Shown one piece after another: positions 18,967 through 26,507 of a stretch of 32,000 nt of DNA; within the stretch, counting starts at the first letter, position 1, and each line of letters opens with the position of its first letter. Below the pieces are notes generated by a model that saw only the letters and a list, made by a program, of their open reading frames with translations, was not told the origin of the DNA and searched no databases. The stretch is from positions 600,001-632,000 of the forward strand of contig NZ_AP013028.1 in NCBI RefSeq assembly GCF_000829315.1, in the 5' to 3' direction. Position numbers and translations under genes: made by a program. This stretch comes from Wolbachia endosymbiont of Cimex lectularius (GTDB taxonomy: Bacteria; Pseudomonadota; Alphaproteobacteria; Rickettsiales; Anaplasmataceae).

Positions 18967-20295
18967 ATGACAAACACAGGTGAAACTATTTTTGCTTTAT
19001 CAACCGTATTTGGTAAGTCAGGAGTTGCAGTAATCAGAATTTCAGGTAGTCATGCGCTTAAGGCTTTAAGTCATTTTCATATTACAAAAGACGTCAAACC
19101 TAGGTTTGCTACTTTAGTTGATCTATATGATGATTCAGGTCAATTGATTGACAATGGAATAGCCATTTATTTTCCTGCTCCAAACAGCTTCACTGGTGAA
19201 GATGTCATAGAGTTGCAAGTGCATGGAAGCAAAGCAGTTATAAAGATTATCTTGGAGGAATTATCAAAAGTTTTTGTTATGGCTAAGCCTGGAGAATTCT
19301 CGCTTAGGGCCTTTCTAAATGGCAAGTTTGACTTAACGCAAATAGAAGGAATTGCCGACTTGATTGATGCCGAAACAAAAATGCAAGCTAAACAAGCAAT
19401 CAGGCAGATGTCAGGGGAATTAGAGAGGTTATACAGTGGTTGGAGACAGAGATTGATAGCAATGCAATCTAGAATTGAAGCATATATAGATTTTCCAGAG
19501 GATGTTGTAACAGAAAGAAACGAGCTGGAAAAGGTCAATAACGAAGTGCAAGCTCTTGTACAGTCAATACAAGACCACCTAGATGATAACAGACGTGGTG
19601 AAAGATTGCGTGAAGGTTTACATATTGTGATAACTGGTGAACCAAATGTTGGTAAATCAACGCTATTTAATTTTCTTGCCAAACGTGATATCGCTATTGT
19701 TTCTGAATACGCAGGCACAACAAGGGACGTACTTGAAGCTCATATCGACATCTGCGGATATCCGATCATCCTTTCTGATACTGCTGGAATTCGTGAGAGC
19801 TCAGATCCGGTAGAATCAGAAGGCATAAGTCGAGCGAGAAAAAAGTCTTGTGAAGCTGATTTGAGAATAGAATTATTTCCTTTTAAACAGCGTCACAATA
19901 TCAATTGCAGTGTTACAAATAGTGACACCATTTATGTGCTGAGCAAAGCTGATGACGTCAGCGATAATCATAATATAAAAATTAACAACATAGATTTTTT
20001 ATCTATTTCTATTTTAAAAGGAATAGGCACAGAAAGGCTAATCTCTGTGATTAAAGAAAAAGTAGAGAAAAAATTTGGCTGCGATAGAGACGCTCCTCTG
20101 ATTACTCGGCAAAGATATAGAAATTGTATGCAGAGAGCTATAGAGCATTTACGACGTTTTAATATAGACAATCCGATTGAACTAATATCCGAAGACTTAA
20201 GGCTTGCAGCAATTAAACTTGGTGCGGTAACTGGGGTTATTAGTGTTGAAGAAGTATTGGATGATATATTCAATAACTTCTGTGTAGGCAAGTGA
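18967..20295 (+). CDS. mnmE: tRNA modification GTPase MnmE (TrmE)
   Basis: '[21 protein letters not shown]' N-domain, G-domain '[12 protein letters not shown]' and 'DTAGIRES', and the diagnostic C-terminal 'FCVGK'. Confidence 0.95.
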   Translation: MTNTGETIFALSTVFGKSGVAVIRISGSHALKALSHFHITKDVKPRFATLVDLYDDSGQLIDNGIAIYFPAPNSFTGEDVIELQVHGSKAVIKIILEELSKVFVMAKPGEFSLRAFLNGKFDLTQIEGIADLIDAETKMQAKQAIRQMSGELERLYSGWRQRLIAMQSRIEAYIDFPEDVVTERNELEKVNNEVQALVQSIQDHLDDNRRGERLREGLHIVITGEPNVGKSTLFNFLAKRDIAIVSEYAGTTRDVLEAHIDICGYPIILSDTAGIRESSDPVESEGISRARKKSCEADLRIELFPFKQRHNINCSVTNSDTIYVLSKADDVSDNHNIKINNIDFLSISILKGIGTERLISVIKEKVEKKFGCDRDAPLITRQRYRNCMQRAIEHLRRFNIDNPIELISEDLRLAAIKLGAVTGVISVEEVLDDIFNNFCVGK

Positions 20296-20342
20296 AATTT
20301 TTATAGATTGCTTGAAATCAAATGTTGTGATAAAAAAGAAGT

Positions 20343-20430
20343 GGACGGATGGCCGAGTGGTTTAAGGCACCAGTCTTGAAAACTGACGTACGTGATGAGC
20401 GTACCATGGGTTCGAATCCCATTCCGTCCG
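20343..20430 (+). tRNA. tRNA-Ser (anticodon UGA), long variable arm
   Basis: Acceptor GGACGGA/TCCGTCC plus discriminator G. D-arm 'GCCGAGTGGTTTAAGGC'. Anticodon loop CT-TGA-AA. Long variable arm 'CGTACGTGATGAGCGTACC'. T-arm 'GGGTTCGAATCCC'. Confidence 0.93.
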
Positions 20431-20548
20431 TATACTGTTTAACATAACTCAAGTCCGACTTATTAGCCCATTTTTGTCCAATATGTGTGTGCCTTCTTCT
20501 GGGTAAGGTCAATTCGGTATTTATGGACAACCTCTTCTACCTGAAGCA

Positions 20549-20586
20549 TTTAATGCAGCTTGAGAGGATTTGTCTTGGCAGCACAT
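20549..20586 (+). repeat. Left copy of a short direct repeat bounding the tRNA-Ser/rplU island
   Basis: TTTAATGCAGCTTGAGAGGA (20549-20568) matches 25690-25709 at 19/20. TTTGTCTTGGCAGCACAT (20569-20586) matches 25719-25736 at 16/18. The right copy has 9 extra nt between the two cores. Confidence 0.65.
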
Positions 20587-20675
20587 CTTGCAGTATTTCC
20601 AAGTTCACGCTAAGGTATCTGTATATCAATGTTTATTACTTTTTTACCATTTGCTGATACTATTTTTAAAATTAT

Positions 20676-22030
20676 GTGAGGTTGAGGATGTCTGAAAGAT
20701 TGTCCTGCTCGGCGGTTAAACGCACCTTTCATGGTATTATGTATCAAACGATATGGCTAATGCTGTTTCCTAAACGTGCAGTGGATAGAGAGTATTCTTT
20801 TCGCCTATTCACAGAGAAAGAATCAGCTAAGGATTTCGATGATATCGTTCTTCGTTATGAACAAGGCGGGAAAATAATACATAGATTCATAAAAACCAAG
20901 CACAAGAAAAATAAAAACAAAAAGATCGGAATAGGTAAATTATTAACGCGGGGAAAGGATGATGCGTTTAGCTTAATAAAATATCTCATTGCTTATTTAA
21001 AAATCAAAAGTAGTGGAAAGTTTGAGGGTGAAATAGAAGATTTTGTCATTGTTACAAATGCTGATTTTGATTCCACGGATTCGACATTGTGTCCAGTACG
21101 AAAGCTGAGAATGATGTCGAACGAAAAGAATGAAGGAAAGGAAATTTCAGTTATAAGGGTAGATATACAAGATGAGTTTTTGGATGTAGGTAATGGTGCA
21201 AGATATAAATTTGATAGTAGTATTATCTCATACCTGCAGGAAAATAAGGATTTCATAAAGCGTGAGGTAGGTAGAGAAGTCAGCGATGAAAAAATAGAAG
21301 ACTTTTTAAATAAATTAGTATTTGCAGTTAATTTACCTAATAGGGCTGAATTGAGTAGAATCATTAAGAATGAGTTGGGCAAGGAATTCAGTAATGTTGA
21401 TGCAAGGTACTTCTATAGTCGCCTTCTAGAAGAAGTGCTGATTTTGATGGAAAAAGAAAAAGAGGACTTTCTATCATACAGGGAAGCAAAAGCCCTACTT
21501 GAAAAAATAAGAGAGGAAATTTTAGAAGAGATTTGGTTTGAAATAATAGAGCCAGTAGTATCTTTTACTGGTAGAAGTAGTGAATTAAAAACTTTACATA
21601 ACGCATTACGAAAGAGCGCAGGCAAACAAGCAGTGATATCACAGGTTGCTACTATTAGTGGTCTTGGAGGAGTGGGAAAAAGTGAGTTAGCTAGGAAATA
21701 TGCTTACAAATATGGAAAGTATTATGGTGGCAATGTTATATGGATAAATGCTGAAAACTTTGAGTATATGAAAAATTCTTTCTTGAGGTTAGCTGAAGAC
21801 AAGAGAGTAGGTATTTCTCCCAAAGATAAGCACGAAAAGGACAAGACGATAGAAGCTATTGTTGAAGAAATATATGCTTTCTTTGCAAGAAGGAGAAGGA
21901 AGAGCCTATTTATTTTTGATAATGCTGAGGGATATTAAAGACATTAAAAAGTTTTTACCTTCATCTTTACATCCTAGACATAAAAAACCTTATGTTCTAG
22001 TTACTTCTCGTGACTGTAAGTGGAATGTAA
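20676..22030 (+). pseudogene. STAND-type NTPase (NB-ARC-like P-loop) with PD-(D/E)xK-nuclease-like N-terminal domain; frameshifted near 21930 and cut by an IS at 22031
   Basis: P-loop 'ISGLGGVGKSELARKYA' and Walker B 'SLFIFDNAE'. After a frame change (ORF 21859-22068) the sequence continues 'DIKKFLPSSLHPRHKKPYVLVTSRDCKWN' (NB-ARC 'hhVTSR' motif). N-terminus: 'FHGIMYQ', 'TEKESAKDFDDIVL', 'RFIKTKH'. ATG at 20688 is an alternative start. Confidence 0.65.
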
Positions 22031-22891
22031 GAACCTGTTTAAAATCTTGGAAATGTGAGGTAAAGTAAGCATAGATTAATAATGAGGTGTCTATGCAGAA
22101 AAGTTATCCAAGTAATATAAGTCAAGAGCAGTTTGAAAAAATCAGGCCAATTTTGGAGAGTAGCAAGCAGAAAACAAAACCAAGAAAACTTGATTTGTAT
22201 GACGTATTTTGTGGGGTGTTGTACGTCTTAAAAAGTGGTTGTCAGTGGAGGATGTTACCAAAGGGTTTTCCAAGATGGGAAAGCGTATATTACTATTTTC
22301 GAGTGTGGAGTAAAAAGAATGGAGAAGAGCCAAGCTTGTTGGAATTAGTCTTAAAAAAAATTAGTTGGAGAGGTCCGTATCAGCAATGGTCGGAAAGAGA
22401 AAACTAGCTTTTGTATAATTGATTCTCAAAGCGTTAAAAACGCAGATACTGCTGAAAAAAAAAGGCTATGATGCAGGTAAAAAGATTTCAGGGATAAAGC
22501 GCCATATTGCAGTTGATACACAAGGTTTGCCACATGCAATTTATGTAACAACGGCAGAAGCAACTGACCGTAGCAGTGCTGTGAAAATGGTCGAAAATGC
22601 TAAAGCAAACCTCTCTGAAGTTAAAAACATACTGGTTGATGCTGGCTACACAGGAGAAAATTTTGCAACACAAATAAAAGCTATCATTGGTGCGACTGTT
22701 GAAGTAATAAAGCGAAGTGAGTTACACACTTTCGTCGTACTGCCAAAAAGATGGGTTGTTGAACGCTCTTTTGCCTGGTTAGAAAAGTGCAGGCGATTGT
22801 GGAAAAATTGCGAGCGGAAGCTCAACACTAGCTTACAGATGATAGTCCTCTCCTTCATTTCTCTCCTGTTACGAAGATTTTAAACAGGTTC
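22031..22891 (+). mobile_element. IS5-family insertion sequence, copy 1 (861 bp), flanked by TAA on both sides
   Basis: Terminal inverted repeats GAACCTGTTTAAAATCTT (22031-22048) and AAGATTTTAAACAGGTTC (22874-22891). TAA at 22028-22030 and 22892-22894. Near-identical to 27125-27984 (inverted) and to the partial copy at 25058-25380. Confidence 0.93.
22087..22883 (+). pseudogene. IS5-family DDE transposase (orfA 22087-22407, orfB 22419-22883); needs two frame corrections in this copy
   Basis: orfA is an HTH-like N-domain ('CGVLYVLKSGCQWRMLP'). orfB carries DDE motifs ('IIDSQSVK' reached only via the +1 frame, 'VDAGYTGENF', 'VVERSFAWLEKCRRLWKNCERK'). A8 run at 22353-22360. The second run is A9 (22455-22463) against A8 in copy 3, which breaks the frame again. 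Confidence 0.85.
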
Positions 22892-23051
22892 TAAGAGAAT
22901 ATTCTTCTACTTCCTCTATCATGCGAAGCTGCGAACATGTTAATTCATATATTGTTAAGGATTATTATTAAATTTTTATTAATATTAGTAATGATTAAAC
23001 TTTTAGTCAAAATGAAAGCAGACTTCTCGCATAACCTAAAAAAAAGTAAAA

Positions 23052-23170
23052 AAAACCCTGGTCAGTATTTATTTCCAGTATTGGCGTTTTTATGCCTTTA
23101 ACGCTGCAATTTAGCTGCTTTTAAACGCAACTAGTCTAAGCTATAATATTTAAGAAATTTACCAGGCAGA
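23052..23170. repeat. Left arm of a ~119-bp near-perfect inverted repeat (partner 23611-23729)
   Basis: 23052-23170 is the reverse complement of 23611-23729 with only a few mismatches, for example '...TTTAAACGCAACTAGTCTAAGCTATAATATTTAAGAAATTTACCAGGCAGAA' against 'TTCTGCCTGGTAAATTTCTTAAATATTATAGCTTAGACTAGTTGCGTTTAAA...'. Confidence 0.85.
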
Positions 23171-23319
23171 AAAAAGAAGGCTATCGAAGGAGTATGATTT
23201 ACTCACAACATTCACTGAGAATTTCATATACTTAGCTATGAGTAGAGTTATGTTAAAGAGGGAATATGCTTGAATTTGCTAGCTTCCGGACAACCTCTAT
23301 ATATTCAGAAGCCACGGGA

Positions 23320-23775
23320 ATTCAATAGAAACAAAAAAACTGCTTGACAACTTTCGCTATTCCTTTTATCAATAGTATTGAAGCTATTTGTTTAACTTCC
23401 CAATCTGTGCAGGTTAAAATGACAAGAAAACTTGTATTTGGCGTACTATTGTTTAATTTTTCGCACTATGTGCACTGCATGTCTAAAACTTCGGGTTTTT
23501 ACCCATACAAGCTGAAACGCGCTTATAAGTCGTTTAAGACATCACCCAACGCCGGATTTTAAAATAGAGAGTGGAATAACTAGCTACCTCGGGGTTTTAT
23601 TGTCCTTTTCTTCTGCCTGGTAAATTTCTTAAATATTATAGCTTAGACTAGTTGCGTTTAAAAGCAGCTAAATTGCAGCGTTTAAGACATAAAAACGCCA
23701 ATACTAAAAATAAATACTGACCAGGGTTTCTTTTGCTTTTTTTTTCGCTTGGTAAATTTCTTAATATTTATAGCT
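23320..23775 (+). repeat. Promoter-bearing intergenic repeat, copy C (plus orientation)
   Basis: TTGACA (23344-23349), 17 nt, TATCAA (23367-23372). Aligns with copy B and with the rc of copy A. Its two tail modules end in TGGTAAATTTCTTAA at ~23618-23632 and ~23750-23764. Confidence 0.8.
23611..23729. repeat. Right arm of the ~119-bp inverted repeat (partner 23052-23170); it is the second tail module of repeat copy C
   Basis: See the left arm. The arms bracket 23171-23610, which contains the copy C promoter. Confidence 0.85.
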
Positions 23776-24158
23776 AGTTGTAATTCATAAATTGGGTAGA
23801 AGGTGTAATTCTGTCCAGCCTTTATCACGCAACCTCACCAAGAACGTTTTTAGCATAAGATTAGCTACTTTCCATGATCACCAAATCAGTTTGCTTGTGA
23901 ACAAGCAAATTTTCCTGGATTGTATATTAAATCAAAGCTGTAAGTCTATAATGAGCAAGGAGTGATACTGTTGACTGGATTGATTGCTTATACCAATTCC
24001 CATTACATAGGACAATAACGAGGAAAAGGCCCATACTGAAACAAGTAGAATAGCGTGTGGCATATCTGCTCCCTGTGTGATGGGAATTGGTATACCGAAG
24101 CCAAGAATATGTGTTTCCTTATATGCACAGAAGTAAATATTGTGAACACTATATTGTG

Positions 24159-24226
24159 GAACCGTGTGCGGGAAATTCGCATGCACGGTTCTGATAGGGA
24201 GACTGTAGCGATAAGACCTAATCGAT
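24159..24226 (+). mobile_element. Group II intron 3' remnant: domain V and domain VI with bulged branch-point A
   Basis: 24159-24191 'GAACCGTGTGCGGGAAATTCGCATGCACGGTTC' folds like the 34-nt domain V consensus (GAGCCGUAUGCGAUGAAAGUCGCACGUACGGUUC). It has a 9-bp lower stem, a 2-nt bulge (AT) on the 3' strand, an upper stem and a GAAA-type loop. 24193-24223 'GATAGG...CCT-A-ATC' forms a domain VI-like helix with a bulged A at 24220, 7 nt before a possible ...GAT 3' end at 24226. Confidence 0.55.
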
Positions 24227-24280
24227 GGTTTCAAAATTGCAATTCTCTATCAACCCAAGTAGTTTTTTTTGATATCTTAT

Positions 24281-25057
24281 CTATACCAAAGTGTTCTTCT
24301 TATAGATATTATACCAACAATCCACTATTTTTTCTACGTCTCGTGGTTTAGTTTTTGGACCTATACTGATTCTAATCGAACACTCTGCTTGCTCTTTTGT
24401 TGCCCCCATTGCAAGCAAAACATGGGAAGGTTCAACTTTTCCAGAAGAACATGCAGAGCCATTGCTAACTGCAATGTTATTTAAGTCAAAATGCATGAGC
24501 TGCACGCCATTCCTTACTTTCGGCATATAAATGAGACTTGTATTTGGTAACCTTTTGGAGTTTTTACCGAAGATTTTGATACCGCTGGCAAAGTTTAACA
24601 GCTCACACTCCAATTGATCGCGTAGCTTCTTTATTTCATCCATTTTTGATAGAAGATCTGGGATATCTCGCAATGCAGCAGAAAGACCTGCAATTGCAAC
24701 AATATTTTCCGTACCACCTCGTAATCCTTTCTCTTGCCCGCCACCTATTATGATAGGTTCTATTACAAGCTTTTTGTCGTATATTAAAACTCCACTACCC
24801 GCTATACCGCCGAATTTATGAGCGGACAAAGTGAGTAAATCCACCCCTAAATCTTCCATATTAACTTCAATTTTTCCAACGCTTTGAGCAGCATCGGTGT
24901 GACAGATTGCTCCAAATTTATGTGCTATTTCAGCTACTTCCTTAACAGGCTGAATAACCCCAGTTTCGTTATTAGCCATCATCACTGAAACTATTACTCT
25001 ATCCCTCTCAAGTTTGCTCAGAATCTTTTCTAGCTCTAAAAGATCAACAACACCTTC
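24281..25057 (-). pseudogene. iscS: Cysteine desulfurase (IscS/NifS family), C-terminal ~258 codons only, fused in frame to IS orfA
   Basis: 'VSVMMANNETGVIQPV', 'HTDAAQSVGKI', PLP-lysine motif 'LSAHKFGG' and active-site 'SNGSACSSG'. The N-terminal ~125 aa of the family are missing. The ORF continues upstream into IS sequence (track ORF 24281-25324). Confidence 0.85.
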
Positions 25058-25380
25058 TAAGACTAATTCCAACAAGCTTGGCTCTTCTCCATTCTTTTTA
25101 CTCCACACTCGAAAATAGTAATATACGCTTTCCCATCTTGGAAAACCCTTTGGTAACATCCTCCACTGACAACCACTTTTTAAGACGTACAACACCCCAC
25201 AAAATACGTCATACAAATCAAGTTTTCTTGGTTTTGTTTTCTGCTTGCTACTCTCCAAAATTGGCCTGATTTTTTCAAACTGCTCTTGACTTATATTACT
25301 TGGATAACTTTTCTGCATAGACACCTCATTATTAATCTATGCTTACTTTACCTCACATTTCCAAGATTTTAAACAGGTTC
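25058..25380 (-). mobile_element. IS5-family insertion sequence, copy 2, truncated (left ~323 bp only: IRL plus orfA up to the A-run)
   Basis: Matches copies 1 and 3 from the terminal IR (…AAGATTTTAAACAGGTTC ending at 25380, TAA at 25381-25383) to the codons 'LELVL'. Identity stops exactly where the A8 run begins in the full copies (25057|25058). Confidence 0.9.
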
Positions 25381-25381
25381 T

Positions 25382-25684
25382 AAGAATAAAAATGGTGAAA
25401 CTTCGCTGCACTACTCTGTCTTGTTTGGTAGCCACAGTAGCTACAATATCGTAGGATACCTCATTCGAGAAAATGCTAATGTTAACGCTAAGGATAAGAA
25501 TGGCAACACTCCGTTTCATCTCGCTGCTATAAATGGAAAGATTGATGTAGTTAAGGTACTATTAAAGTACAACGCAGATGTCAACGCAAAAAATAATGAA
25601 GGGAGAACAGCATTGTGTTATGCTACTGAACATAACTACCGGAAGCTTGTGGAGTTGCTTTTAGCTCATGCTTGTGTCTGCTGA
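25382..25684 (+). pseudogene. Ankyrin-repeat protein, 3' fragment (about three ANK repeats), 5'-truncated at the IS end
   Basis: The frame is open from the IS boundary: 'NKNGETSLHYSV...', 'DKNGNTPFHLAAINGKIDVVKVLLKYNADVNAKNNEGRTALCYATEHNYRKLVELLLAH'. These are canonical ANK 'G.TPLH.A...G....V..LL..GA.VN' units. The only start-like codon is TTG at 25421. Confidence 0.75.
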
Positions 25685-25689
25685 AAGTG

Positions 25690-25736
25690 TTTAATGTAGC
25701 TTGAGAGGAGAAAAATTATTTGTCTTGACAGCATAT
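25690..25736 (+). repeat. Right copy of the short direct repeat bounding the island
   Basis: TTTAATGTAGCTTGAGAGGA, a 9-nt insert (GAAAAATTA), then TTTGTCTTGACAGCATAT. Partner at 20549-20586. Confidence 0.65.
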
Positions 25737-25753
25737 ATGACATCCTTTACGAT
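25725..25753 (+). promoter_or_regulatory. Candidate sigma70 promoter of rplU-rpmA-tRNA-Ile
   Basis: TTGACA (25725-25730), 17 nt, TACGAT (25748-25753), ending 30 nt upstream of the rplU ATG. Confidence 0.4.
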
Positions 25754-25783
25754 TAAAGTTAACAGTGAAAGTGTATATTTGTT

Positions 25784-26086
25784 ATGTTTGCGGTGATTGA
25801 AACAGGTGGAAAGCAGTATTTAGTAAAAAAAGGTAGTGTAATAAAAGTAGAAAAACTAGAAGCTGAGGAAGGAAAGGAGGTAGAGATTGACAAGGTAGTT
25901 TGCCTTTCAGACAACGGGTTATCTTATTCACCTAATGCTACTGTTAAAGCTGAAGTACTTGAACAACGCAGAGGGGAGAAAGTTATAATTTTTAAAAAGA
26001 AGAGAAGAAAGAATTACCGTAGGAAAACTGGCCATAGGCAATATATAACTGTTCTTCGTATCAATGAAATTAATCTTCAAAAGTAA
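25784..26086 (+). CDS. rplU: 50S ribosomal protein L21
   Basis: '[25 protein letters not shown]' and '[19 protein letters not shown]' are canonical L21. Confidence 0.96.
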   Translation: MFAVIETGGKQYLVKKGSVIKVEKLEAEEGKEVEIDKVVCLSDNGLSYSPNATVKAEVLEQRRGEKVIIFKKKRRKNYRRKTGHRQYITVLRINEINLQK

Positions 26087-26096
26087 GGGGTAGGGT

Positions 26097-26366
26097 ATGG
26101 CAACTAAAAAATCGGGTGGTAGTTCCTGTAATGGTAGAGACTCCGCAGGTCGTAGGTTAGGGATAAAAAAGAACGGAAAAGTTATTCCTGGTAACATAAT
26201 TGTCCGTCAAAGAGGAACAAAATTCCACCCTGGAAGGAATGTTGGTATGGGTAAAGATCATACAATTTTTGCCAAGATAGAAGGCTGGGTCAAATTTAGA
26301 AAGTCAGTAAATAAAAAGACTTTTATTGATATCTTGCCTGCGGATAATATACAAGTTTCAGCTTAG
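26097..26366 (+). CDS. rpmA: 50S ribosomal protein L27
   Basis: '[21 protein letters not shown]...[26 protein letters not shown]' is canonical L27. Confidence 0.96.
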   Translation: MATKKSGGSSCNGRDSAGRRLGIKKNGKVIPGNIIVRQRGTKFHPGRNVGMGKDHTIFAKIEGWVKFRKSVNKKTFIDILPADNIQVSA

Positions 26367-26443
<77 letters not shown>

Positions 26444-26507
26444 TTTAGTAATTACTAGCTGGATTTTCTATAACAATTTTGACATTGTATGAGCAGAAGC
26501 CTAAAGC

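Noticed and set aside
20318-20530. 70-aa ORF on the minus strand
   Set aside because: It runs antisense straight through the well-formed tRNA-Ser(UGA) gene (20343-20430). It has no RBS and no recognisable motif, so it is treated as a spurious shadow ORF.
21859-22068. 69-aa ORF called as a separate gene
   Set aside because: Its middle ('DIKKFLPSSLHPRHKKPYVLVTSRDCKWN') is the frameshifted continuation of the NB-ARC domain. Its end is a translation of the IS terminal repeat. It is not an independent gene.
23344-23562. 72-aa ORF inside repeat copy C
   Set aside because: Its 'start' (TTG) is the first three bases of the TTGACA -35 box. The frame is not preserved in copy B (~50-bp deletion) or in copies A and D, so the conservation is at the DNA level and not the protein level.
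23932-24484. ORFs 23932-24234 (-), 24055-24351 (+) and 24269-24484 (+)
   Set aside because: They overlap the group II intron domain V/VI remnant and the antisense strand of the iscS fragment. 'REIRMHGSDRE' is simply the translation of the domain V hairpin. There is no RT or maturase motif.
22031-25380. Composite transposon formed by IS copy 1 (+) and truncated IS copy 2 (-) with their left ends facing outward
   Set aside because: Copy 2 lacks its transposase domain and its inner end. The cargo is only repeats, an intron scrap and a gene fragment. The outer flanks (NB-ARC fragment and ANK fragment) do not join into one frame. More simply explained as independent insertions plus deletion.
20676-25684. 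The NB-ARC pseudogene and the ankyrin fragment as two halves of one NB-ARC-ANK gene split by the IS pair
   Set aside because: Joining the sequence at the two TAA flanks puts the ANK repeats one nucleotide out of frame. It would also skip the entire distal half of the NB-ARC/helical domains expected after 'VLVTSR'. The idea is attractive but unsupported by this sequence alone. It remains testable with intact orthologues.
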